A stretch of DNA of 32,000 nt from Thalassospira marina (GTDB lineage: Bacteria; Pseudomonadota; Alphaproteobacteria; Rhodospirillales; Thalassospiraceae), in NCBI RefSeq assembly GCF_002844375.1, contig NZ_CP024199.1, positions 1,297,815 to 1,329,814 on the forward strand, in the 5' to 3' direction. A program made the translations under genes and the position numbers. Shown here piece after piece: positions 1 to 12,444 of this stretch (positions within the stretch are counted from its first letter, which is position 1; each line of letters opens with the position of its first letter). A model generated the notes under the pieces. That model was not told the origin of the DNA, did no database searches, and worked only from the letters and a program-made list of their open reading frames with translations.

Positions 1-702
<702 letters not shown>

Positions 703-735
703 GGATTTACGCGCAAGGTTATTAAAGAATCAGAG

Positions 736-780
736 ACGAACCGGGAATTTCTTATCGACGCCCCGGTTCGTTTCGGCGTT
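736..780 (+). terminator. putative rpoC terminator hairpin
   Basis: ACGAACCGGG (736-745) pairs with CCCGGTTCGT (762-771) around a 16-nt loop. An interrupted T-rich tail (TTCGGCGTTT) follows. It starts 34 nt after the rpoC stop. Confidence 0.4.
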
Positions 781-814
781 TGAAGCGCCAACTCGATGGC
801 TCCAAGGGTTTTGC

Positions 815-843
815 TTGACGCGATATGGGCCCGTCACTAGTAT
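815..843 (+). promoter_or_regulatory. sigma70-type promoter of the str operon (rpsL)
   Basis: TTGACG (815-820), an exact 17-nt spacer, then TAGTAT (838-843). It sits between the rpoC hairpin and rpsL. No other comparable -35/-10 pair is seen in 703-1071. Confidence 0.5.
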
Positions 844-1071
844 GCGCCCACCGAATCTTGGGGGGTGTTTCTGTGACGGTGCCGATAATGGTTCCGGGCG
901 GAAACGCCCTTCCGTCGCATCAAGCGACTTTGACGGCCGTCGAGGCAGGATCAAACCTGCTTTTTGGGCGTCCGCAATGTTTTTGTCTTTATGGCAAAAG
1001 CAGCGCGGTCGCTCGTCGTGCGTCGATAGAGTACGCCCAAGTGGCGTCCGTTAAGGCAAAAGGGAAAGTTA

Positions 1072-1443
1072 ATGCCTACTATTAACCAGCTGATCCGCAA
1101 GTCGCGGTCACCGCGCTCGCAGCGCGATATGGTGCCTGCACTGGAAGCATGCCCGCAGAAGCGTGGCGTGTGCACCCGTGTTTACACCACCACCCCGAAG
1201 AAGCCGAACTCGGCACTTCGTAAGGTTGCCCGTGTCCGTTTGACTAACGGCTACGAAGTAACCAGCTACATCCCGGGTGAAGGCCACAACCTGCAGGAAC
1301 ACTCCGTCGTCATGATCCGTGGCGGCCGCGTGAAGGACTTGCCGGGTGTTCGTTATCACATTATTCGCGGTACCCTCGATACACAGGGTGTTAAAGACCG
1401 TAAGCAGCGTCGTTCGAAATACGGCGCGAAGCGTCCGAAATAA
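1072..1443 (+). CDS. rpsL: 30S ribosomal protein S12
   Basis: 123 aa starting [10 protein letters not shown], with the S12 block [18 protein letters not shown]. The SD-like AAGGGAAAG lies upstream. It is the first gene of the order rpsL-rpsG-fusA-tuf. Confidence 0.97.
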   Translation: MPTINQLIRKSRSPRSQRDMVPALEACPQKRGVCTRVYTTTPKKPNSALRKVARVRLTNGYEVTSYIPGEGHNLQEHSVVMIRGGRVKDLPGVRYHIIRGTLDTQGVKDRKQRRSKYGAKRPK

Positions 1444-1455
1444 GGAGCGCATTGA

Positions 1456-1923
<468 letters not shown>

Positions 1924-1950
1924 CCCAGACCCAAAGATCAAGAGTCGATT

Positions 1951-4032
1951 ATGGTACAACGTACTCCGATCTCTCGGTATCGCAATATCGGCATCATGGC
2001 GCACATTGATGCCGGTAAAACCACGACAACCGAGCGAATTCTATTCTACACCGGCAAGTCCTACAAAATCGGCGAAGTCCATGACGGCGCCGCTACGATG
2101 GACTGGATGGAACAGGAACAGGAACGCGGCATTACGATTACGTCTGCTGCGACGACCTGCTTCTGGAAAGATCACCGCATTAACATCATCGACACCCCGG
2201 GCCACGTTGACTTCACCATTGAAGTTGAACGTTCGCTCCGCGTGCTCGACGGTGCTTGTGCCGTGTTTGACGCAGTTTCCGGCGTTGAGCCGCAGACCGA
2301 AACCGTATGGCGCCAGGCTGACAAATACCACGTCCCGCGGATGTGCTTTGTCAACAAGATGGACCGTACCGGCGCGGACTTCTTCCGTTGCGTTGAAATG
2401 ATGAAAGAACGTCTCGGTGCCAACACGGCTGTGTTGCAGCTGCCGATTGGTTCCGAAGCAGAATTCGAAGGTGTTGTCGATCTGGTTCGCAACAAGGAAA
2501 TCGTCTGGAAAGACGAATCCCTGGGCGCCGAGTTCGAATACCGCGATGTTCGCGAATCCCTGGTTGACCAGGCGAACGAATATCGTGAAGCCCTGATCGA
2601 AGCTGCCGTCGAATTCGACGAAGAAGTCATGGAAGCGTATCTGGAAGGCGACATGCCGTCCGAAGAAACGCTGATCGCCTGTATCCGTAAGGGTACCCTG
2701 GCTTCCAAGCTGGTCCCGGTTCTGCTCGGTACTGCGTTCAAGAACAAAGGCGTTCAGCCGCTTCTTGATGCTGTTATCGATTACATGCCGGCTCCGGATG
2801 ACATCACCGATGTTCGCGGCGTCAAGCCGAACACCGAAGATGAACCCGATTCACGTCCGCTGAATGACGAAGCACCGTTCTCGGCGCTGGCATTCAAGAT
2901 CATGAGCGACCCGTTTGTTGGTTCTCTGACCTTCATCCGTATTTACTCGGGTGTTCTTGATGCCGGTTCGTACGTTCTGAACTCCGTTAAGGAGAAGAAA
3001 GAACGTATCGGTCGTATGCTGCTTATGCATTCAAACAACCGTGAAGAAATCAAATACGCCTGCTCGGGTGACATCGTGGCACTGGTCGGTATGAAAGATA
3101 CCACCACCGGTGATACGCTTTGCGATCCGGCCAAGCCGATCATTCTGGAACGCATGGAGTTCCCGGATCCCGTTATCGAAATTGCTGTTGAGCCGAAAAC
3201 CAAGGCTGACCAGGAAAAGATGGGTCTGGCACTCGCACGTCTGGCACAGGAAGATCCGTCTTTCCGCGTCAAGACCGACCACGAATCCGGCCAGACCGTG
3301 ATTTCGGGCATGGGCGAACTGCACCTCGACATTATCGTCGACCGTATGAAGCGTGAATTCAAGGTCGAAGCTAACGTTGGCGCGCCGCAGGTTGCCTATC
3401 GCGAAACCATTTCGCAGCAGGTCGATATCGACTACACCCACAAGAAGCAGTCTGGTGGTTCGGGTCAGTTCGCCCGTATCAAGTTGACCTTCACGCCGGG
3501 TGAGCCGGGCAGCGGGTTCTCCTTCACCGATACCGTCGTTGGCGGTAACGTTCCGAAGGAATACATCCCCGGTGTTGCCAAGGGTCTCGAAAGCTCGCTG
3601 CCGAATGGCGTTATCGCGGGCTTCCCGGTTACCGACCTTTCCATCACCCTGACCGACGGTGCATACCACGACGTCGACTCCAGCGTGATGGCCTTCGAAA
3701 TCGCTGCACGTGCCGCCTTCCGTGAAGGTCTCGCAAAAGCTCGCCCGAAGCTTCTCGAGCCGATCATGAAGGTTGAAGTCGTGACCCCTGAAGAATACAT
3801 GGGCGACATCATTGGCGACCTGAACAGCCGTCGTGGCCAGGTTCGTGACATGGACTCTCGCGGTATCGCGCGCGTCGTCACGGCTTTTGTCCCGCTGGCA
3901 AACATGTTCGGTTACGTCAACACGCTGCGTTCCATGTCGCAGGGCCGCGCCCAGTTCGTCATGCAGTTCGATCATTACGCCGACGTGCCGCAGGCTGTCG
4001 CGGACGAAGTCCGTGCCAAATCGGCCGGTTAA
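1951..4032 (+). CDS. fusA: translation elongation factor G
   Basis: 693 aa with GTPase motifs [17 protein letters not shown] and NKMDR, and a full-length EF-G architecture. Confidence 0.97.
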   Translation: MVQRTPISRYRNIGIMAHIDAGKTTTTERILFYTGKSYKIGEVHDGAATMDWMEQEQERGITITSAATTCFWKDHRINIIDTPGHVDFTIEVERSLRVLDGACAVFDAVSGVEPQTETVWRQADKYHVPRMCFVNKMDRTGADFFRCVEMMKERLGANTAVLQLPIGSEAEFEGVVDLVRNKEIVWKDESLGAEFEYRDVRESLVDQANEYREALIEAAVEFDEEVMEAYLEGDMPSEETLIACIRKGTLASKLVPVLLGTAFKNKGVQPLLDAVIDYMPAPDDITDVRGVKPNTEDEPDSRPLNDEAPFSALAFKIMSDPFVGSLTFIRIYSGVLDAGSYVLNSVKEKKERIGRMLLMHSNNREEIKYACSGDIVALVGMKDTTTGDTLCDPAKPIILERMEFPDPVIEIAVEPKTKADQEKMGLALARLAQEDPSFRVKTDHESGQTVISGMGELHLDIIVDRMKREFKVEANVGAPQVAYRETISQQVDIDYTHKKQSGGSGQFARIKLTFTPGEPGSGFSFTDTVVGGNVPKEYIPGVAKGLESSLPNGVIAGFPVTDLSITLTDGAYHDVDSSVMAFEIAARAAFREGLAKARPKLLEPIMKVEVVTPEEYMGDIIGDLNSRRGQVRDMDSRGIARVVTAFVPLANMFGYVNTLRSMSQGRAQFVMQFDHYADVPQAVADEVRAKSAG

Positions 4033-4061
4033 GGCGAAGCTAGGAATAAACGGAGTTTAAA

Positions 4062-5252
4062 ATGGCTAAAGAAAAATTTGCGCGTACAAAGCCGCACGTC
4101 AACGTTGGCACCGTCGGCCACGTTGACCACGGTAAAACCACGCTGACCGCAGCGATCACCAAAGTTCTTGCAGAGCAGGGCGGTGCATCGTTCCAGGACT
4201 ACAGCATGATCGACAAAGCACCGGAAGAGAAAGCTCGTGGTATCACGATCTCGACCGCGCACGTCGAATATGAAACCGAAAACCGCCACTATGCGCACGT
4301 CGATTGCCCGGGCCACGCTGACTATGTGAAGAACATGATCACCGGTGCTGCCCAGATGGACGGTGGCATTCTCGTTGTTTCGGCTGCTGACGGCCCCATG
4401 CCGCAGACCCGTGAGCACATCCTGCTTGCACGCCAGGTTGGCGTTCCGGCACTGGTCGTGTTCATGAACAAGGTTGACCAGGTTGACGACGAAGAGCTGC
4501 TCGAACTCGTCGAAATGGAAATCCGCGAACTTCTGTCTTCCTACGACTTCCCGGGCGACGATATTCCGATCGTCAAGGGTTCGGCTCTTGCTGCACTTGA
4601 AGGTCGTGATGACGAAATCGGCAAGAACGCGATTCTCGAGCTGATGAAAGCCGTTGACGATTACATCCCGGCTCCGGATCGTCCGAAAGACCGTCCGTTC
4701 CTGATGCCGATCGAAGACGTGTTCTCGATTTCGGGTCGTGGTACCGTTGTTACCGGCCGTGTTGAAACCGGTATCGTCAAGGTTGGTGAAGAAGTCGAAA
4801 TCGTCGGCATCAAAGCAACCGTTAAAACCACCGTTACCGGCGTTGAAATGTTCCGCAAGCTGCTCGACCAGGGCGAAGCTGGCGACAACATCGGCGCGCT
4901 GCTGCGTGGCACCAAGCGTGAAGACGTCGAACGTGGCCAGGTTCTGGCACATGTTGGCTCGATCAACCCGCACACCAAATTCCAGGCAGAAGCCTACATC
5001 CTGACGAAGGATGAAGGTGGCCGTCACACGCCGTTCTTCTCGAACTACCGTCCGCAGTTCTACTTCCGTACGACTGACGTGACCGGTTCGATCGAACTGC
5101 CGGAAGGCACCGAAATGGTGATGCCGGGCGACAACGTTCAGATGACCGCCACCCTGATCGCGCCGATCGCGATGGACGAAGGTCTGCGTTTCGCAATCCG
5201 TGAAGGCGGTCGTACCGTCGGCGCGGGCGTCGTTGCCAAGATCATCGAATAA
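4062..5252 (+). CDS. tuf: translation elongation factor Tu
   Basis: 396 aa with [17 protein letters not shown] and NKVD motifs. The sequence is canonical EF-Tu from end to end. Confidence 0.98.
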   Translation: MAKEKFARTKPHVNVGTVGHVDHGKTTLTAAITKVLAEQGGASFQDYSMIDKAPEEKARGITISTAHVEYETENRHYAHVDCPGHADYVKNMITGAAQMDGGILVVSAADGPMPQTREHILLARQVGVPALVVFMNKVDQVDDEELLELVEMEIRELLSSYDFPGDDIPIVKGSALAALEGRDDEIGKNAILELMKAVDDYIPAPDRPKDRPFLMPIEDVFSISGRGTVVTGRVETGIVKVGEEVEIVGIKATVKTTVTGVEMFRKLLDQGEAGDNIGALLRGTKREDVERGQVLAHVGSINPHTKFQAEAYILTKDEGGRHTPFFSNYRPQFYFRTTDVTGSIELPEGTEMVMPGDNVQMTATLIAPIAMDEGLRFAIREGGRTVGAGVVAKIIE

Positions 5253-5271
5253 TTTTCCTTGATCTTTGTGT

Positions 5272-5307
5272 CGCGGGCGGCTACATAAGCCGCCCGCGAT
5301 ACTTTTT
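5272..5307 (+). terminator. terminator-like / attenuator hairpin between tuf and rpsJ
   Basis: CGCGGGCGGC (5272-5281) pairs perfectly with GCCGCCCGCG (5289-5298) around a 7-nt loop. ATAC and then TTTTT (5303-5307) follow. It starts 20 nt after the tuf stop. Confidence 0.55.
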
Positions 5308-5370
5308 GCGGCAATCGTCAACTCCAGTTGAGGGGCCGGTGTCCTTTTGAGGGCTCCGGTACATAATTAC

Positions 5371-5679
5371 ATGGATAGTCAGAACATTCGCATTCGCCTG
5401 AAGGCGTTTGACCATCGCGTGCTGGACCAGTCCACGCGCGAGATCGTCAATACGGCGAAGCGCACTGGCGCAGAGGTCCGCGGCCCGATTCCGCTGCCGA
5501 CCCGCATTGAGAAATACACTGTTCTGCGGTCTCCGCACATTGACAAAAAGTCACGTGAACAGTTCGAAATCCGTACGCACAAGCGTCTTCTCGACATTGT
5601 CGACCCGACTCCGCAAACCGTTGATGCTCTGATGAAGCTCGACCTTGCGGCCGGTGTTGACGTCGAGATCAAGCTTTAA
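5371..5679 (+). CDS. rpsJ: 30S ribosomal protein S10
   Basis: The ORF track begins at TTG 5347. S10 proteins start like [15 protein letters not shown], so ATG 5371 is chosen, giving the canonical length of 102 aa. Confidence 0.93.
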   Translation: MDSQNIRIRLKAFDHRVLDQSTREIVNTAKRTGAEVRGPIPLPTRIEKYTVLRSPHIDKKSREQFEIRTHKRLLDIVDPTPQTVDALMKLDLAAGVDVEIKL

Positions 5680-5695
5680 TCGGGAGTAAGCCGCA

Positions 5696-6409
5696 ATGCG
5701 TAGTGGACTTATTACCCAGAAAGTCGGCATGACCCGCATCTTCACCGATGAGGGTGTGCATATTCCTGTGACCGTCCTGAAGGTTGATAACCTGCAGGTC
5801 GTTGCAAACCGTACCAATGATGTCGACGGTTACGTCGCCGTACAGCTGGGTTACGGCAAGGCAAAAGTTAAAAACGTATCGAAGCCGATGCGTGGTCACT
5901 TTGCCAAAGCAAAAGTCGAACCGAAAGCCAAGCTCGTCGAATTCCGCGTCAGCGAAGACGGCCTGATTGAAGTTGGCGCTGAACTTTCAGCCGCTCACTT
6001 CCTCGAAGGTCAGTATGTTGACGTTATCGGGACCTCGATCGGTAAAGGTTTTGCCGGTGCGATGAAGCGTCACAACTTCGGTGGTCTGCGTGCGTCGCAC
6101 GGTGTGTCTGTTTCGCACCGTTCGCATGGTTCCACTGGTCAGTGCCAGGATCCGGGCCGCGTCTTCAAAGGTAAGAAGATGGCTGGTCACCTCGGTGCTG
6201 CCCGCGTCACCGTTCAGAGCCTGAAGGTCGTTTCGACCGACGCTGACAAAGGTCTGGTTCTGGTTCACGGTGCTGTTCCGGGTCACCAGGGCGCCTATGT
6301 CCTTGTCAAGGATGCCGTGAAACGCGCTGCACCGGAAGGTCTGCCGTTCCCGGCCGCGCTTAAGGGTGCTGCCCCGGTTGCTGAAGCTGCCGCCGAGGAT
6401 AAGGAATAA
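5696..6409 (+). CDS. rplC: 50S ribosomal protein L3
   Basis: 237 aa ([16 protein letters not shown]...), L3-like throughout. GGGAG SD lies upstream. Second gene of the S10 operon. Confidence 0.95.
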   Translation: MRSGLITQKVGMTRIFTDEGVHIPVTVLKVDNLQVVANRTNDVDGYVAVQLGYGKAKVKNVSKPMRGHFAKAKVEPKAKLVEFRVSEDGLIEVGAELSAAHFLEGQYVDVIGTSIGKGFAGAMKRHNFGGLRASHGVSVSHRSHGSTGQCQDPGRVFKGKKMAGHLGAARVTVQSLKVVSTDADKGLVLVHGAVPGHQGAYVLVKDAVKRAAPEGLPFPAALKGAAPVAEAAAEDKE

Positions 6410-6414
6410 GCATC

Positions 6415-7035
6415 ATGAAGCTCGACGTATTGAACCTGGACGCTTCCAGCGCCGGCAACATTGATCTTGCAGAAGAGATCTTCGGCCTGGAAGTTCGTCG
6501 TGACATTCTTCACCGCATGGTGACCTGGCAGCTGGCGAAACGCCGTGCCGGTACCCACAAGGTTAAAGAAAAAAGCGAAATCTCTGCGACCACGAAAAAG
6601 TTCGTTCGCCAGAAGGGCAGTGGCGGTGCACGTCACGGTTCCCGCAAGGCCGTTCAGTTCCGTGGTGGTGGTGTAGCGCATGGTCCGCGCGTTCGTGACC
6701 ATTCGCACGATCTGACCAAGAAATTCCGCAAGCTCGCGCTGAAAACCGCTCTGTCGGCCAAAGCGAAAGACGGCAAGCTTGTCGTCCTCGACAGCGCGGA
6801 TTTCTCGGAATCCAAAACCAAGGCTCTGGCCGTTGCTTTTAACAAGCTCGGTTGGAAATCGGCACTCATCATCGACGGTGCATCGGTCAACGAAGGTTTT
6901 GCTCGCGCAGCGCGCAACATCCCGCAGATCGACGTTCTGCCGCAGGTTGGTGCCAACGTCTATGACATCCTGCGCCGTGACACCCTGGTGCTGACCAAGG
7001 GTGCGGTCGAAGCGTTGGAGGCACGTCTCAAATGA
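6415..7035 (+). CDS. rplD: 50S ribosomal protein L4
   Basis: 206 aa with the L4 block [10 protein letters not shown]...[10 protein letters not shown], in the canonical operon position. Confidence 0.95.
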   Translation: MKLDVLNLDASSAGNIDLAEEIFGLEVRRDILHRMVTWQLAKRRAGTHKVKEKSEISATTKKFVRQKGSGGARHGSRKAVQFRGGGVAHGPRVRDHSHDLTKKFRKLALKTALSAKAKDGKLVVLDSADFSESKTKALAVAFNKLGWKSALIIDGASVNEGFARAARNIPQIDVLPQVGANVYDILRRDTLVLTKGAVEALEARLK

Positions 7036-7334
7036 CGATCATCAGCAAAGAGCGGATGTACGAAGTCATCCGCGCCCCGCATATTACTGAAAAGTCGACG
7101 CTGATTTCTGAACACAACGCTGTTGCGTTCAAAGTCGCTATCGACGCCACCAAGCCGGAAATCAAGGCTGCTGTGGAAGGTCTGTTCGGGGTGAAGGTCA
7201 AGGCGGTTAACACCTCAGTGGTGAAAGGCAAGACCAAGCGTTTTCGTGGTACTGCCGGCCGTCGGAGTGATTTCAAGAAAGCGATGGTTACCCTCGAAGA
7301 GGGTCAGTCCATCGACGTGACGACGGGAATCTAA
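7032..7334 (+). CDS. rplW: 50S ribosomal protein L23
   Basis: 100 aa. ATGA start/stop overlap with rplD. L23-like (...[12 protein letters not shown]...AFKV...). Confidence 0.95.
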   Translation: MTIISKERMYEVIRAPHITEKSTLISEHNAVAFKVAIDATKPEIKAAVEGLFGVKVKAVNTSVVKGKTKRFRGTAGRRSDFKKAMVTLEEGQSIDVTTGI

Positions 7335-7338
7335 GACA

Positions 7339-8166
7339 ATGGCTTTGAAGAAGTTTAAACCAACATCTCCTGGTCGCCGTCAGCTGGTTCTTGTCGATCG
7401 CTCCGATCTCCACAAGGGCAAGCCGATCAAAGCGCTGACCGAAGGTCTGCGCAAGAAAGGCGGCCGTAACAACGCAGGTCGTATCACTGCCCGTCGTATC
7501 GGTGGTGGTCACAAGCGTCGTTACCGTATTATCGACTTCAAACGTAACAAGTTTGATGTTGTCGGTACGGTCGAACGTCTGGAATACGATCCGAACCGTA
7601 CGGCGTTCATCGCCCTGGTTCGTTATTCCGACGACGAACTGGCCTACATCCTCGCACCGCAGCGTCTCGCAGTTGGCGACCAGATTGTCGCTTCCGACCG
7701 CGTAGACATCAAGCCGGGTAATGCCGCACCGCTGAAGAATATTCCGGTCGGTACCATCGTCCATAACGTCGAACTGAAAGCCGGTAAAGGTGGTCAGGTC
7801 GCACGTTCGGCAGGCGCCTATGTGCAGCTTGTCGGTAAGGACCAGGGTTACGCCCAGCTGAAGCTGTCCTCCGGTGAAGTGCGTTTGGTTCGTGGTGAAT
7901 GCATGGCAACGATTGGTGCCGTGTCCAACCAGGACCAGCAGAATACGAATCTTGGTAAGGCTGGCCGTAATCGCTGGCTTGGCAAGCGTCCGTCGGTTCG
8001 TGGTGTTGCCATGAACCCGATCGATCACCCGCATGGTGGTGGTGAAGGCCGTACTTCGGGTGGTCGTCACCCGGTTACGCCTTGGGGCAAGCCGACCAAG
8101 GGTAAACGCACCCGCTCGAACAAAAAGACTGACGCGCTCATCATGCGCCGTCGTCACAAGAGCTAA
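7339..8166 (+). CDS. rplB: 50S ribosomal protein L2
   Basis: 275 aa with the L2 hallmarks GRNNAGRIT and [12 protein letters not shown]. Confidence 0.97.
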   Translation: MALKKFKPTSPGRRQLVLVDRSDLHKGKPIKALTEGLRKKGGRNNAGRITARRIGGGHKRRYRIIDFKRNKFDVVGTVERLEYDPNRTAFIALVRYSDDELAYILAPQRLAVGDQIVASDRVDIKPGNAAPLKNIPVGTIVHNVELKAGKGGQVARSAGAYVQLVGKDQGYAQLKLSSGEVRLVRGECMATIGAVSNQDQQNTNLGKAGRNRWLGKRPSVRGVAMNPIDHPHGGGEGRTSGGRHPVTPWGKPTKGKRTRSNKKTDALIMRRRHKS

Positions 8167-8182
8167 CGGAGGAGGCTAGACA

Positions 8183-8461
8183 ATGGCGCGTTCCGTTTGG
8201 AAGGGTCCGTTTGTTGACGGATACCTTCTTAAGAAAGCCGATACAGTCCGTGCCTCTGGCCGGAATGAGGTAATTAAGACCTGGTCGCGGCGCTCGACGA
8301 TTCTGCCGCAGTTCGTAGGCCTCACTTTTGGGGTTTACAATGGCCAGAAGTTTCTTCCGGTACTCGTGACCGAAGACATGATTGGTCACAAGTTCGGTGA
8401 ATTCTCGCCGACCCGGACCTATTATGGTCATGCGGCCGACAAAAAGGCGAAGAGGAAGTAA
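8183..8461 (+). CDS. rpsS: 30S ribosomal protein S19
   Basis: 92 aa ([12 protein letters not shown]...GHKFGEF), S19-like. GGAGGAGG SD lies upstream. Confidence 0.97.
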   Translation: MARSVWKGPFVDGYLLKKADTVRASGRNEVIKTWSRRSTILPQFVGLTFGVYNGQKFLPVLVTEDMIGHKFGEFSPTRTYYGHAADKKAKRK

Positions 8462-8463
8462 CG

Positions 8464-8844
8464 ATGGGTAAGAAAGCTGACATCCGTCGGCTGGCGGATA
8501 ACGAGGCTGCGGCTTCGCTCCGGGCAGTACGCATTTCCCCGCGTAAGCTCAACCTCGTCGCCGAGTCGATTCGTGGTAAGAAGGCCGAAACTGCTTTGGC
8601 AGAACTGACCTTCTCCAACAAGCGTATTTCGAACGACGTCAAGAAGCTGCTGGAATCGGCGATTGCTAACGCCGAAAACAACCACCAGCTTGACGTTGAC
8701 CGTCTGTACGTCAAGGAAGCGACTGTTGGTAAGGCATTTGTGATGAAACGCTGGCGTGCCCGTGCTCGTGGCCGCGTTGGCAAGATCATTAAGCCGTTCT
8801 CCAACATCCGCATCGTTGTTTGCGAACGTGAGGGGGCCGAGTAA
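8464..8844 (+). CDS. rplV: 50S ribosomal protein L22
   Basis: 126 aa with an L22-like core (...[15 protein letters not shown]...). It starts 2 nt after rpsS. Confidence 0.96.
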   Translation: MGKKADIRRLADNEAAASLRAVRISPRKLNLVAESIRGKKAETALAELTFSNKRISNDVKKLLESAIANAENNHQLDVDRLYVKEATVGKAFVMKRWRARARGRVGKIIKPFSNIRIVVCEREGAE

Positions 8845-9530
8845 TGGGTCAGAAAGTTAATCCGATCGGCCTGCGCGTTGGCATCAACCGTACCTGGGAC
8901 TCCCGCTGGTACGCCAACAAGGCTGATTTTGCCGGTCTTCTTCACGAAGACCTGGCGATCCGCAAATTCATCATGGAGCGCCTCAAGCAAGCTGGCGTTG
9001 CCAAGGTGGTTATCGAACGTCCTGCGAAGAAAGCCCGTATTTCGATCCACAGCGCCCGTCCGGGTGTTGTGATCGGCAAGAAGGGCCAGGACATCGAAAA
9101 GCTCAAGAATGATCTGCAGAAGCTGGCAAATGCCGAAGTGCAGGTTAACATCATCGAAATCCGCAAGCCGGAAATCGATGCCAAGCTGGTCGCTGACAAC
9201 ATTGCCCAGCAGCTTGAGCGCCGCGTTTCCTTCCGTCGCGCCATGAAGCGGTCGGTTCAGAATGCCATGCGTCTCGGCGCTGGTGGTGTTCGAATCAACG
9301 CTGCAGGGCGTCTCGGTGGGGCTGAAATTGCTCGTACCGAATGGTATCGTGAAGGTCGCGTTCCGCTGCACACTCTGCGTGCGGATATCGATTATGGCAC
9401 TTCGGAAGCACACACCACCTATGGTGTTTGCGGTCTGAAGGTCTGGATCTTCAAGGGCGAAATCATGGCTCATGATCCGTTGGCTTCCGAGCGCCGTGCG
9501 CTCGAGTCGGCTGGTTCAGGCCGTAAGTAA
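8844..9530 (+). CDS. rpsC: 30S ribosomal protein S3
   Basis: 228 aa starting [14 protein letters not shown], a canonical S3 N-terminus. TAATG stop/start overlap with rplV. Confidence 0.97.
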   Translation: MGQKVNPIGLRVGINRTWDSRWYANKADFAGLLHEDLAIRKFIMERLKQAGVAKVVIERPAKKARISIHSARPGVVIGKKGQDIEKLKNDLQKLANAEVQVNIIEIRKPEIDAKLVADNIAQQLERRVSFRRAMKRSVQNAMRLGAGGVRINAAGRLGGAEIARTEWYREGRVPLHTLRADIDYGTSEAHTTYGVCGLKVWIFKGEIMAHDPLASERRALESAGSGRK

Positions 9531-9542
9531 GGAGATAGAAAG

Positions 9543-9962
9543 ATGCTTTCTCCGAAACGCACAAAGTTCCGTAAAGCCCACAAGGGACGCCTGAAAGGCG
9601 AAGCAAAAGGCGGTACGGATCTTAATTTCGGCGCTTATGGCTTGAAAGCGTTGGAACCGGAGCGTATAACGGCGCGTCAGATCGAAGCGGCTCGCCGCGC
9701 GATCACCCGTCACATCCGCCGTCAAGGCCGGGTGTGGATCCGCGTTTTTCCGGATCTTCCGGTTTCGCAAAAGCCTGCTGAAGTTCGTCAGGGTAAAGGT
9801 AAGGGTTCTGTCGAATATTGGGCAGCCCGCGTCAAACCCGGCCGGATTATGTTTGAACTTGACGGTGTTCCGCTGGATCTTGCACGTCGTGCTTTCGAGC
9901 TCGCTTCGGCAAAATTGCCGATCAAGACCAAGTTTGTCACGCGTCTTGGTGAAGGGGAGTAA
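9543..9962 (+). CDS. rplP: 50S ribosomal protein L16
   Basis: 139 aa ([16 protein letters not shown]...), canonical L16. AAGGAG SD lies upstream. Confidence 0.97.
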   Translation: MLSPKRTKFRKAHKGRLKGEAKGGTDLNFGAYGLKALEPERITARQIEAARRAITRHIRRQGRVWIRVFPDLPVSQKPAEVRQGKGKGSVEYWAARVKPGRIMFELDGVPLDLARRAFELASAKLPIKTKFVTRLGEGE

Positions 9963-9968
9963 TTGGTG

Positions 9969-10169
9969 ATGAAAGTTGCTGATCTCCGCGCTAAAAGCGC
10001 TGATGAGCTGAAGGAAATGCTGCTCGATCTGCGGAAGGAATCGTTTAATATGCGGTTCCAGCAGGCGACCGGGCAGTTCGAGAATACTGCGCGGGTCCGT
10101 CAGGTCCGTCGTGATATTGCCCGCATCAAAACCCTTCTCGGTAACGAGAAGGGTGCGAGCGCGGCCTAA
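9969..10169 (+). CDS. rpmC: 50S ribosomal protein L29
   Basis: The ORF track starts at TTG 9963. Three in-frame starts exist (TTG 9963, GTG 9966, ATG 9969). ATG 9969 gives a 66-aa protein starting MKVADLRAK, typical of L29. The exact start is uncertain by up to 6 nt. Confidence 0.9.
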   Translation: MKVADLRAKSADELKEMLLDLRKESFNMRFQQATGQFENTARVRQVRRDIARIKTLLGNEKGASAA

Positions 10170-10195
10170 CAGGACACGCATAGGAGTTAAGACAC

Positions 10196-10429
10196 ATGCC
10201 GAGGCGTGTATTGCAGGGGACAGTCGTTTCGACCAAAAACGACAAGACTGTGGTGGTCCGTGTGGAACGCCAGGTCATGCACCCGCTGTATAAAAAGTAC
10301 GTGCGCAAGTCGAAGAAATTCCACGCGCATGATGAAGAGAACCGCTTCAAGACGGGTGACGTCGTTCGTATTCGCGAATGCCGGCCGATCTCGAAACTGA
10401 AGTCTTGGGAAGTAGTGGTCGAGGATTGA
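10196..10429 (+). CDS. rpsQ: 30S ribosomal protein S17
   Basis: 77 aa ([23 protein letters not shown]...), S17-like. Last gene of the S10 operon. Confidence 0.95.
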   Translation: MPRRVLQGTVVSTKNDKTVVVRVERQVMHPLYKKYVRKSKKFHAHDEENRFKTGDVVRIRECRPISKLKSWEVVVED

Positions 10430-10463
10430 GTCCTCAGCCCAATTATAGTCAAGGGGTAAACCC

Positions 10464-10832
10464 ATGATCCAGATGCAGTCCAATCTGGACGTCGCCGACA
10501 ACAGCGGCGCTCGCCGTGTCCAGTGCATCAAGGTGCTGGGCGGCTCGAAGCGTAAAACCGCCAATGTTGGTGATGTTATCGTGGTTTCCGTCAAGGAAGC
10601 CATCCCGCGCGGTCGTGTAAAGAAGGGTGCAGTCCACAAGGCTGTTATCGTTCGTACCGCAAAGGAAATTCGCCGCTCTGACGGGTCTGCGATCCGTTTC
10701 GACCGTAACGCTGCCGTGTTGATCAACAACAATGGTGAGCCGATCGGTACGCGTATTTTTGGCCCGGTAACCCGTGAACTTCGTTCGCGTGGTTACATGA
10801 AGATCATTTCGCTCGCTCCGGAGGTGCTGTAA
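10464..10832 (+). CDS. rplN: 50S ribosomal protein L14
   Basis: 122 aa starting [17 protein letters not shown], canonical L14. Confidence 0.97.
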   Translation: MIQMQSNLDVADNSGARRVQCIKVLGGSKRKTANVGDVIVVSVKEAIPRGRVKKGAVHKAVIVRTAKEIRRSDGSAIRFDRNAAVLINNNGEPIGTRIFGPVTRELRSRGYMKIISLAPEVL

Positions 10833-11149
10833 TGGCTGCCAAAATTAAAAAGGGTGATCGCGTTATTGTTCTGACGGGCAAAGACAAGGGTAAAACCGGC
10901 GAAGTCATCGCCGCTTTCCCTGCCGAAGACAAGGTTCTGGTCCAGGGCGTGAATCTGGTGAAACGTCACCAGCGCGCAACTGGCGCCGATACCGGTGGCA
11001 TCGTCGAGAAGGAAGCGAAAATCAACGTTTCCAACGTCGCGATTGTTGATCCTAAAGAAAACAAGCCGACCCGCGTCGGTTTCAAGACCCTCGATGATGG
11101 TCGCAAGGTTCGCGTTGCGAAGCTCAGCGGCGAAGTCATCGACAACTGA
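10832..11149 (+). CDS. rplX: 50S ribosomal protein L24
   Basis: 105 aa with a KOW-type motif ([20 protein letters not shown]). TAATG overlap with rplN. Confidence 0.95.
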   Translation: MAAKIKKGDRVIVLTGKDKGKTGEVIAAFPAEDKVLVQGVNLVKRHQRATGADTGGIVEKEAKINVSNVAIVDPKENKPTRVGFKTLDDGRKVRVAKLSGEVIDN

Positions 11150-11160
11150 GGGACGGAAAA

Positions 11161-11700
11161 ATGACGCGCCTGCGCGAACATTATAAGTCAGTGGTGCGTG
11201 ACGCACTCCAGAAAGAATTCTCTTACGAGAATGTGATGGAGATTCCGCGCCTCGAAAAGATCGTGATCAATATGGGTGTCGGCGACGCCACCCAGGATCG
11301 CAAAAAGCTGGAAGGTGCAGCTGCGGACCTCGCAGCCATCACCGGTCAGAAACCGATCTTCACCAAAGCGAAAAAGTCCGTTGCGGCTTTCAAGCTGCGT
11401 GAAGGTATGAACATCGGTTGTAAAGTGACCCTGCGTCGCGACCGTATGTTCGAATTCCTGGATCGTCTGGTAACGATCGCGCTGCCGCGCGTTCGTGACT
11501 TCCGCGGTCTGAACAAGAAATCCTTCGACGGTCGTGGCAACTTCGCCATGGGCCTCAAGGAGCAGTTTGTTTTTCCTGAAGTCGAATATGACAAAGTCGA
11601 TTCGGTCCGCGGGATGGACATTATCATTTGTACCACGGCTAAGTCCGACAGCGAAGCTCTTGCCCTTCTTAAGGGTTTTGATCTTCCGTTCGGAAACTAA
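11161..11700 (+). CDS. rplE: 50S ribosomal protein L5
   Basis: 179 aa, L5-like (...[13 protein letters not shown]...[12 protein letters not shown]...). Confidence 0.97.
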   Translation: MTRLREHYKSVVRDALQKEFSYENVMEIPRLEKIVINMGVGDATQDRKKLEGAAADLAAITGQKPIFTKAKKSVAAFKLREGMNIGCKVTLRRDRMFEFLDRLVTIALPRVRDFRGLNKKSFDGRGNFAMGLKEQFVFPEVEYDKVDSVRGMDIIICTTAKSDSEALALLKGFDLPFGN

Positions 11701-11713
11701 CGGAGGTTGGCCC

Positions 11714-12019
11714 ATGGCCAAGAAAAGTTCTGTACAGCGCGAACTTAAACGTGAGCGTCTGGCAAAGCAGTATGCCAACAAGCGTGCTGCCCTGAAATCG
11801 ATCATTGCCGATCGCGAGACTTCTTTTGAAGAACGTGTCGTAGCTGTGATGAAACTTGCCCAGCTGCCGCGCAACTCGGCACGGAACCGTCAGCGTATTC
11901 GCTGCGCGGTTTCCGGTCGTCCGCGTGGTGTCTATCGTAAATTCCGCCTGTCCCGTATCGCTCTGCGTGAACTTGCTTCGCGTGGCCAGATCCCGGGCAT
12001 GGTGAAGTCGAGCTGGTAA
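11714..12019 (+). CDS. rpsN: 30S ribosomal protein S14 (long, non-zinc form)
   Basis: The track ORF starts at 11534, inside rplE. The real start is ATG 11714 ([16 protein letters not shown]..., 101 aa, ending ...GMVKSSW). There is no CxxC pair, so this is the C-minus long form. Confidence 0.95.
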   Translation: MAKKSSVQRELKRERLAKQYANKRAALKSIIADRETSFEERVVAVMKLAQLPRNSARNRQRIRCAVSGRPRGVYRKFRLSRIALRELASRGQIPGMVKSSW

Positions 12020-12031
12020 GGAGGACATCAC

Positions 12032-12430
12032 ATGTCTATGACTGATCCCGTAGGCGATATGCTCACGCGTATCCGCAACGGTCAGCGCGTTGGCAAGTCC
12101 AACGTTGTCTCGCCGGCTTCAAAGCTGCGCCTTGGCGTTCTGGATGTTCTCCAGCGCGAAGGGTTTATCCGTGGCTATTCTGTCAGTGAAATTCGCAAAG
12201 GCGTCAGCGAGATTGCCATTGAACTCAAATATTTTGAGGGCACTGGTGTAATCAAGCAGATCGACCGCGTCTCGACCCCGGGTCGTCGCGTATACTCGAA
12301 GATCAAAGATCTTCCCAAAGTATATAACGGCCTCGGTATCGCAGTTCTTTCTACCCCGAAGGGTGTTCTTTCGGACCAGGAAGCTCGCGAGCAAAATGTC
12401 GGCGGCGAAATCCTCTGCAAGGTATTCTAA
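12032..12430 (+). CDS. rpsH: 30S ribosomal protein S8
   Basis: 132 aa starting [17 protein letters not shown], canonical S8. AAGGAGG SD lies upstream. Confidence 0.96.
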   Translation: MSMTDPVGDMLTRIRNGQRVGKSNVVSPASKLRLGVLDVLQREGFIRGYSVSEIRKGVSEIAIELKYFEGTGVIKQIDRVSTPGRRVYSKIKDLPKVYNGLGIAVLSTPKGVLSDQEAREQNVGGEILCKVF

Positions 12431-12444
12431 GGAGAGGGCCAACG

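Noticed and set aside
4029-5321. A 430-aa ORF on the - strand, antisense to essentially the whole tuf gene
   Set aside because: It is a mirror-frame ORF of a highly codon-biased gene. The translated sequence is low-complexity (R/D/V/F-rich) with no recognisable motifs and no SD. Long antisense ORFs are an expected artefact opposite strongly expressed genes.
7288-9473. 289-aa and 383-aa - strand ORFs antisense to rplB and to rpsS-rplV-rpsC
   Set aside because: These are shadow ORFs opposite conserved r-protein genes. They cross several gene boundaries on the + strand, which argues against real coding.
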